Source: Octopus sinensis
Lineage: Eukaryota
DNA length: 64,000 bases
Direction: 5' to 3'
Assembly (NCBI RefSeq): GCF_006345805.1
Contig: NC_043014.1
Location: 33,790,001-33,854,000 of the forward strand
Below, in pieces: positions 54,757 to 64,000 of the stretch. The position numbers and the translations under genes were made by a program. Within the stretch, counting starts at the first letter, position 1; every line of letters starts with the position of its first letter. The notes beneath the pieces are model-generated. The model did no database searches, was not told the DNA's origin, and saw only the letters and a list, made by a program, of their open reading frames with translations.

Positions 54757-54884
54757 TCCATTACTTTATCAGGTGGTGCTATTAAGTTAGACATGGCCTG
54801 GACCAATCTTTGGTCGAAACATATCTAAGTTTATCTAAGTTTATGTCTATGTAGAACAAATGTAGACTGAGATATCGGCGTCTC

Positions 54885-55328
54885 GGACGGACGGACGGAC
54901 GGACGGACGGACGGACGGATGGACGGACGGATGGACGGATGGACTGACGGACGGACGGACGGACGGACGGACGGATGGACGGACGGACGGACGGATGGAC
55001 GGATGGACTGACGGACGGACGGATGGACGGACGGATGGACGGATGGACGGACTGATGGACGGATGGACGGATGGATGGACGGACGGACGGATGGACGGAC
55101 GGACGGACGGACGGACGGACGGATGGATGGACGGACGGATGGACGGACGGATAGACGGACGGATGGACGGACGGGCGGATGGACGGACGGATGGACGGAC
55201 GGACGGACGGACGGACGGATGGACGGACGGACGGACGGACGGACGGACGGACGGATGGACGGACGGACGGACGGACGGACGGACGGATGGACGGACTGAC
55301 GGACGGACGGACGGACGGACGGACGGAC
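54885..55328. repeat. (GGAC/GGAT)n tetranucleotide array
   Basis: ~110 units, directly visible. Confidence 0.95.
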
Positions 55329-55577
55329 TGAAAGAATTTCGCGTTAATTATTATAGATATAAGAATAGTGTGAGATAATGACGGGTGCTTATGTGCAAAG
55401 AGTATGTATGATGTTTTATGGTGTAGAGAACATACGTGTTCTCTAATTCAAAACAACGTGAATGAACAAGCATTACATTTTACTGAGTAATCTGTGAATG
55501 CTAAAAGGCTAAAAGAAAGATCACAACAGATATTTTAGAATCAGAAAAAGAAAAAATTGAAATGGTGAAGCCTGTAA

Positions 55578-55853
55578 TCTCACACTATTCTTATATCTAT
55601 AATAATAAACGCGAAATTCTCTCCGTCCGTCCGTCCAAGACACCGGTATCTCAGTCAATATTTGTTCTACATAGACATATTGTACCTTTTTGGAATCAGG
55701 ATGATCCTGGGATTCAAAATCTGTCCTTCATTTATTTCTTGAACATCCAGCATTGAGATCAGGTTTGGATGAAAATTTGTTATATGCTAACAGTCGAAAA
55801 TCCAAATTTTAAAAGAACTCCAAAATTTGTGAACTGACAAGTTTTTTTTATCT
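55578..55853 (+). mobile_element. Second copy of the same Helitron family, 3'-truncated, no 5S insert
   Basis: Reverse complement of 54464-55375 minus the insert; similarity stops exactly at A^TC; only ~3 GTCC units. Confidence 0.7.
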
Positions 55854-55925
55854 TCGGTCTATTCGTTCACAACTGTCCCGAGGCTAAATTTGTAGGCCTG
55901 GACAGAACATGAAACATACCAATAA

Positions 55926-55969
<44 letters not shown>

Positions 55970-55983
55970 CAACAACAACAACA

Positions 55984-56121
55984 ACATCGAAAAATACCTT
56001 AGAAATGAGAACCGAGGTTCGAAATTTCCCCAAGACACCTCTCGAAGGCTGGAGGGTATATCAACCAAAACGTTGTGTTAACAACAAACAAGATGAGGAC
56101 AAATATCTGTCAAATGTAAAT
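55984..56121 (+). mobile_element. Third copy of the short PLE-like repeat
   Basis: Same variants as 54161-54299, offset 1823 bp. Confidence 0.55.
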
Positions 56122-57304
56122 AATGTAAATAATATATACACTAGCTTAAAAGCAGCACTCCGTGCGGACTTTTATGATAGCTCCTGCGGAGGCCGAGACA
56201 TGGTAAAACTGGAGCGACAGAATCTGTGGCCCATACCAAGTAATGTGGCTAACTACCTATGTGCCATAAGACCTTTTGATCAGAAGATCACTTCGAGTTA
56301 TAAGAAACATCTTCTGTGTTGAATAAGATATATTTACGTGTACATGCGTGGAAGATTGGAGTGTTTCTCAGTGTAAAGTAAGACATTATTTGTATCGGTG
56401 AACCTGTATGCTAATGCGTGGTGCGGGTAAGCTGTACAGGTGCAGGAATGTCTGTGTAAGGGCTAACATGGCTATGTGATTAAGAAGTTCGCTTCGCAAA
56501 TACTTGGTTTCGGATTCGGTCCCACTGTGTAGCACCTTCGGCAAGTGTCTTCTATCATAAAGCAAGATTGACGTACTAACCAACGTACTGTGAGTGAATT
56601 TGGTTGCGAGAAACTGTGTGGAAGCCCGTTGTATATTCTTTACTAGCAACGGGAGTAATATTTATTGAAAATAGTAATCTGTATATCATACTGAAAGAAG
56701 ATATATATCGTTGGAAGCCTGCTAAACAGCTGTAATCGTCTCGAGAAAGCTTCTCTTATAAACGAATAGTGTTGAAAACACAAAAATAGATAAGCAACAG
56801 CAGAAAATTGTCCAGAAAGACTGTGACAGTGGCATTGTTAAATACGTATTTCTGCTTCTTTGAGAATCGTCAGAGGATACACCTGCGTTAAGTATGATAT
56901 ACACATCTTTATTTTGATTTTCGCTTCTTTATTTTCATTCATGATGTTTTGTGTGCTTTTTAAAGTTAATTTCAGTTCAGTAGACCAAAGCACACACCAG
57001 CAAATGCATAACTTATTATTTCTTATATAGAGGGACAAAAGTTCAGTCCCAGCTCCTGATAGTTGAGGCCGTATCTACCACGGAGGAGGCGAAATCATGC
57101 CGAAACACCGTGTCTGGAATTCCAGTGAGATTATTTGGAGCTCAGCTCATCACAGTTTTTATACACAAGTCTGTCGATAGAAATTTTTATCCCAAACAAA
57201 ATTTCTTTGCGAAAACCTTTCTTTTTCTGGCATACAAAAACCTGATAAAATCGAATGCGCACATGTTTATCTGTCTATTTATCTATCTATATTTCTCTTT
57301 CTCA

Positions 57305-57398
<94 letters not shown>

Positions 57399-57640
57399 CG
57401 CGTTGTGTAGACTTTTCATTTCAGAGTGCTCCAGCTGACAAAAATGAGTAATACTACGACAGACGGGCGTCTCGTCATGGGAAGAATATATACGCCATGA
57501 GTCTGTATGGCTCGGGAAGGACCATGAAAACCGAGTATTCGGACTTATGAGTTTTAGGCCTTGACACAGTAGTATTCAAGGGACTTACTACTATGTTTGT
57601 ATGCGTGTGAGGTGTTAAGGGTATGTAAACCTATAAACTT

Positions 57641-57873
57641 AAGGCGGCGAGCTGGCAGAAACGTTAGCATGCAGGGCGAAATGCGTAACCGTATTTCGTC
57701 TGCCGTTACGTCCTGAGCTCAAATCCCGCTGTGGTCGACCTCGCCTTTCATCCTTTCGGGGTCGATAAATTAAGTACCAGTTACGCACTGGGGTCCATGT
57801 AATCGACTTAATCCGTTTGTCTGTCCTTGTTTGTCCTCTCTGTGTTTAGCCCCTTGTGGGTAGTAAAGATATA
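57641..57873 (+). mobile_element. SINE family A, monomer
   Basis: 16-bp TSD GGTATGTAAACCTATA at 57620-57635 and 57874-57889. Confidence 0.85.
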
Positions 57874-58259
57874 GGTATGTAAACCTATATTATCTTATGT
57901 TCTTTCCTTATTTGAAACAGGAGACAGTTATTTGAGGGGTATTTAAATATTATTTTTAACAGGTCTGAAGTGTCCCTTAACAAGCATGTGGATGTGTGGT
58001 TAGATAGCTAGACAGACAGATAGATAGAAAGACAGCTAGATAGATAAGATAGACAGATAGACAAGCAGACAGATAGGCAAACAGACAGACTATAGACAGA
58101 TAAGTAGGTAAGTATGTATGTAGGTAGGTGGGTAGGTAGGTAGGTAGGTAGGTAGGTGGGTAGGTAGGTAGGTAGGTAGGTAGGTAGGTAGGTAGGTAGG
58201 TAAGTGGGTAAATAGATAGCTAGGTAGGTATTTAGGTAGACAAACAGACAGACAGAAAA

Positions 58260-58329
<70 letters not shown>

Positions 58330-59045
58330 GGGTAAGCAGTTGGATTGATTGTTACATGCTTTCAAACATGCATACAAACATACACACACATATATATACA
58401 TAAATACATGCATACATACATATATGCATGCATACATTCATACACGCATAAATACATTCATACATACATATAAACATACATACATACATACATACATACA
58501 TACATACATACATACATACACGCATACATATATACATGCATACGTACATACATGCACACATACATGCATGTATACGTACACACATACGTACGTACGTACA
58601 TACATATATACATACACACATACATATACACATACATGCATACATACATACTTACACACATACACACATACATACACATGTACATACATACACACACACA
58701 TACCTACACCATCGTGCACACTCACATATCCATCCATACATACACTCATTTATGGCATTTGTATATCTACGGACACCATCTTCACTACCGCCGCCCTTAA
58801 GCCTTCATCTTCTTCACCATAGTTACCACCGCCAACACTACCACCACTATCACCCCCATTGCCACAATCATCATCATCATCATCATTAACATAACCAGTC
58901 TAGTAACATCATAACTCGTGCAACTACTGCAACCAGTTATGCGACCCACGCGATTACTACCTGCGCACTCCCCAATTACAGCAACTTCTATTATCACCAC
59001 CAACACCACCTCCACTACCACTACTTCTACTACTACTACTACTAC

Positions 59046-59098
<53 letters not shown>

Positions 59099-59289
59099 GC
59101 ACTGCTACTTCTACTACTACTTTCTCTTCCTGTCCCACTGTCGTCTTCAACATTACCACCACCACCGCATTACGAGCACCACTACCACAGCACCACCACC
59201 GACAACAACACACATACATACATACTGACATACATACACAGTCAATCCCATCACTATCATCACGATCACTATACGACCATAAACAATAT

Positions 59290-60160
59290 TAACAAAACAA
59301 CCATCACCATACATATATACACACATATACATACATGCATGCATACATACACACATACCTACATTCGTACATACATGCATGCATATATATATATATACGC
59401 ATACATACATATAAACATACACACACACATACATACATACATACATACATACATACATACATACATACATACATGCATACATACACACACACATACATAC
59501 ATACACACATACATACATACTACATACATACATACATACACACATACACACATATCACACTACATACAAACATCATACATACATACATACATACATACAT
59601 ACATACATACATACATGCATACATACACTACCACACATACATACATACAACATCCATACATACTACATACATACATACATACATACATACATACATACAT
59701 ACCACATACACACACACACACATACATACATACATTCATACATACATACATACATACATACATACATAATACATACTTATATATATACATGCATACACAC
59801 ATACATACATATACACACATACATACATACACACACACATACGTATACACACATACATACATACATACATATATACATACATACGCTCATACATACATAC
59901 ATACATACATACATACATACATACACACATACATAATACATACATACATATATATATATACATGCATGCATACACACATACATACATATACACACATACA
60001 TACATACATACATACATACATACATACATACATACATACATGCATACACACACATACATACATATACACACATACATACATACATACATACATACATACA
60101 TACATACACATACATACATATACACACATACATGCATACATACATACACACACACATACA
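59290..60160. repeat. (TACA)n/(CA)n compound microsatellite
   Basis: Directly visible; representative of many TA, CA, TACA, TAGA, TAA and GTG tracts across the window. Confidence 0.95.
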
Positions 60161-60169
60161 GTTAAGCTA

Positions 60170-61410
60170 CTATCACCATGACCACCCCCACTCTCACCAT
60201 CACTACCGCCACCATTACCAACATTACCATTTCCATCGCCATCGCCACCAACACCACCATTACCAGCACCACCACCATCATTACCAATACTACTACCACC
60301 AACAACACTATCATTACCACCACCACCACCACCACCATCACCACTTCTACCACCCACCACCATCACCACTTCTACCTCCACTATCATCACCACCACCACC
60401 ATTACCAACACCTCCACCGTTTCCACCACCACCACCACCGCCATACTACCAACAACAACACAAACAATACCATCTCTATCACCACCATCACCATCCTCAC
60501 TCCCTTCTCCATACACATCACCAACATGATCACCAACATCACATCTCCACCACCATCACATCTCCACCACCATAAATATCACCAGCTACCATCCCCACCA
60601 TCACAGCCATCATCACCCATCGTCGCCGCCGTCGTCACTACGTCGCAAAAACCACCATCATCATTATAATCAAGACCATTGCTACCATTACCACCACCAT
60701 CGACATCACCACACATGTCGCATAGACGCCACCACCACCGGATCATCCCCACCTTCAGCCCCGCACCATGTACGCCACCACCATTACGACTGCATTACGA
60801 CTGCAGGGCCCACTACCACTACCACCACCACCACTACCACTACCACCACCACCACTATAGGCCACGTCGCCATCACCACCACTACCGAACGTCCCATCCC
60901 CACAACCGTAGATTCCACCACCGTAGGCACCTCCAGCCCACCACCACCACCACCACCACCACCACCACTACCACCACCACCACCACTATAGGCCACGTCG
61001 CCATCACCACCACTACCGAACGTCCCATCCCCACAACCGTAGATTCCACCACCGTAGGCACCTCCAGCCCACCACCACCACCACCACCACCACTACCACC
61101 ACCACTGAAGGTCCCACCCCTACCAAAGCAGGCACCACGACCACCACTAACGAAGGTCGCATCCCCACCAACGCCATCACCACCACCGCAGGCGCCGCCA
61201 TCACCGCAAGCACCGCCGCAAATGTCCCACCACCACCACCAAAGGTGCCATCACCACCACTATCCTCACCACCCCTCGCATCCCCCACCGCCATTCACCT
61301 CCCTCACCGCCTTCAGCACTACCCTCACCACCCCTCGCCAGATTTCATTACCCACTTACCATCTACAGCCCCACCACCACCACCACCACCACCACCAACA
61401 ACAACAACAC
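60170..61410. repeat. (ACC)n-rich low-complexity tract with a 131-bp internal duplication
   Basis: ACTATAGGCCACGTCGCC...GGCACCTCCAGCCC at 60854 and 60985. Confidence 0.8.
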
Positions 61411-61624
61411 ATATTGTTCCCCAGTCAATGCTTTCTGATGCAATAACTGAAATGATGACATACAGCACAGCTATATATTACCTGGGCAGGTACCCGCCAC
61501 ACCGCCTCACACACACACACACACACACACAGACACACACACACACCACATACACACACAACACACACATATATTATATACACATAAGATATATATACAT
61601 ATAGACATATATATGTATGTATGC

Positions 61625-61691
<67 letters not shown>

Positions 61692-61954
61692 TATATATAT
61701 ATATATATATATACACACACAAATAAAACACACAAACACACGTACATACATACACCTATATATATATATATGTACACATATAACGAGACGAGTTACACCG
61801 ATTCTATTTCAGGCGCAATCTTTTATAAATAATATGTCCATAATGAAACATTTAAGGATGTTTGGCTGCGAATGCACGTGTGGTGGGGTCGCGTGTATGC
61901 ATGTGCGCCTGTGAATATAAGCTTGAATATATATGTATGTAGACAGACGAACAA

Positions 61955-62015
<61 letters not shown>

Positions 62016-62066
62016 CAGACATACAGACAGACAGACAAAACAGTCAGACAGACAGACAGGTAGATT

Positions 62067-62124
<58 letters not shown>

Positions 62125-62350
62125 GTAAATGTGTATACATACATACATGCATACTTACATACATACATACGTACATACATACATACATACATACATACAT
62201 ACATACATACAAGCATATACAACAACAACGATTTATTTAAAACGCTGTCTTTTGTTATGTTTCTTAAATTAGATATTGCCATTTATTTGTGAATATATAT
62301 GCGTGTATGCGCGTATTTACGTACCTATATAGTGCGTGTGTTTGCATATT

Positions 62351-62409
<59 letters not shown>

Positions 62410-62515
62410 TATAAATACTATATTATATTCACCCAAATATCTGTATAGTTATGCATATATGTGTACACATATGTATATGCGTATGTGAATGAATGTATGC
62501 GTGTGTAGATAGATA

Positions 62516-62968
62516 GGATCTTTTCCTTTTGAACGGCAGTTTTCAACACAATTTCCATTTAACTAAACACTTTTAAACTTCGTATACTGGTAGAATACGT
62601 TTATAAAACAATTTTTTCTTGGCTTTTTTGAGAAAATTCTATATGTTGTAACATATTTCGACTTTAATTTCTAGCATTTCGGCAATTTTAACCAATCGCT
62701 GACCTCCATTTGGGGTGAAAACATTCCGTGCTGTATGAATATGTCCCTCGTTTAAGAAACAGATTGGGTTTATTTACATTTGCGAAGAAAAAAAGATACC
62801 CTTCCCCCCTAACCCTAATCCTAACCCTAACCCTAACCCTACCCCTAACCATAACCCTAACCCTAACCATAACTCTAACCCTAACCCTAAAATAGATTGA
62901 AATGCAATAGATCGATACTAGGGTTTTAATTATGGGTGACAATTTCATACGACACCGCTACGAAAAAT
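62516..62968. mobile_element. Second copy of the MULE-like MITE, right TIR missing
   Basis: Colinear with 47404-47484 + 48735-49050; ends in a foldback instead of the right TIR. Confidence 0.8.
62807..62890 (+). repeat. Telomere-type (CCCTAA)14 tract inside MITE
   Basis: 14 hexamers in register, 9 perfect CCCTAA. Confidence 0.85.
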
Positions 62969-63119
62969 GGGATATTTTTCTAGCGGTGTCAAATGAAATT
63001 GTCACCCATAATTATAACCCTAGTATCGATATTGCATAGTTAGATAGATAGATAGATGTAGCAAGCTAAATACCACACAGTCACTCCTGCGCCTATTATA
63101 TAATATATATATATATATA

Positions 63120-63174
<55 letters not shown>

Positions 63175-63442
63175 CCGAAATGCACAGTATCATATGAAAC
63201 ATTGAAACAAGTGTGCAATATCTAAGGTTTTGCTCTCAATAAAATAGATATATCCAGCATAACAGGAACATAACCATGGATTTACAATATAGAATAATGA
63301 TGAACTATAACCTCGGACTCCTGCCACCAGAATACGCGCAGTTGTTTGGCCAGGTGTACTAACAGAGAGCTTGTAAAATATTTTGCACAGATTGATAATC
63401 CCGCACGAATAATTCTATTTTTGCATATATATACATATATAC

Positions 63443-63477
<35 letters not shown>

Positions 63478-63508
63478 TAGACAGACAGATAGATAGACAG
63501 ACAGATAG

Positions 63509-63603
<95 letters not shown>

Positions 63604-63621
63604 TAAATATATATACATGTG

Positions 63622-63655
<34 letters not shown>

Positions 63656-64000
63656 TGTATGTATGTATGTATGTATGTATGCAGATTTGTATTCTCATGC
63701 ATATACTTGCATGTCTAGACATGCTCATATATACTCTAATGATAAACTTCTTTACAGTTCCGGTGATGGTTTGGATCTGTAGTCTTCGATGTACGTATGC
63801 ATGTATGAATGAATGTATGTATGTGTGAATGTATGTATGTATATGTGCAGATGTGTATGCTTTGTTTTATGTATGTCTTCTAATGCATACACTTGTATGT
63901 ATGTATGTATGTATGTATGTATGTATGTATATATGTATGTATGTATGTATGTATGCATGTATGTATGTATGTATGTATGCATGTATCTATGTATGTATGT

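Larger units (their letters stand above)
54318..55375 (-). mobile_element. Non-autonomous Helitron carrying the 5S-derived insert and a (GTCC)n expansion
   Basis: Minus strand 5' A^TCTCACACTATTCTTATATCTATAAT; 3' GCACGGAGTGC hairpin then CTAG^T at 54321-54318. Confidence 0.7.

Noticed and set aside
54995-55378. ORFs of DGRT/DGWM repeats
   Set aside because: Translation of the (GGAC/GGAT)n array inside a Helitron.

Overview
AT-rich, microsatellite-saturated animal genomic DNA. The repeat landscape (abundant tRNA-headed SINEs, Penelope, RTE and Helitron families, huge TA/CA/TACA/TAA tracts) looks like an octopus or other coleoid cephalopod; this assignment is inferred, not proven. The only recognisable host gene is a + strand BARX-family homeobox gene: a homeobox exon at 36702-37006, a terminal exon at 39106-39270, and a possible tiny ATG-bearing exon ending at 35782. 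A ~450-bp block carrying the terminal exon with its splice acceptor is duplicated at 43222-43678. The rest is transposon-derived. It includes a decayed Penelope-like element (RT + GIY-YIG, 49713-52878) with an inverted ~565-bp terminal repeat carrying a minimal hammerhead-ribozyme fold with a U3-A8 covariant core, and a 1250-bp Helitron cleanly nested in a Mutator-like MITE whose family carries (CCCTAA)n. It also includes hAT MITEs, RTE and R4/Dong-type LINE fragments, and a 5S rRNA-headed, SINE-like 204-bp insert inside a Helitron. The 49.7-56.2 kb region is a run of adjacent inverted-repeat structures. Almost all ORFs in the supplied track are translations of simple repeats. All coordinates were read by eye; repeat boundaries may be off by a few bases.
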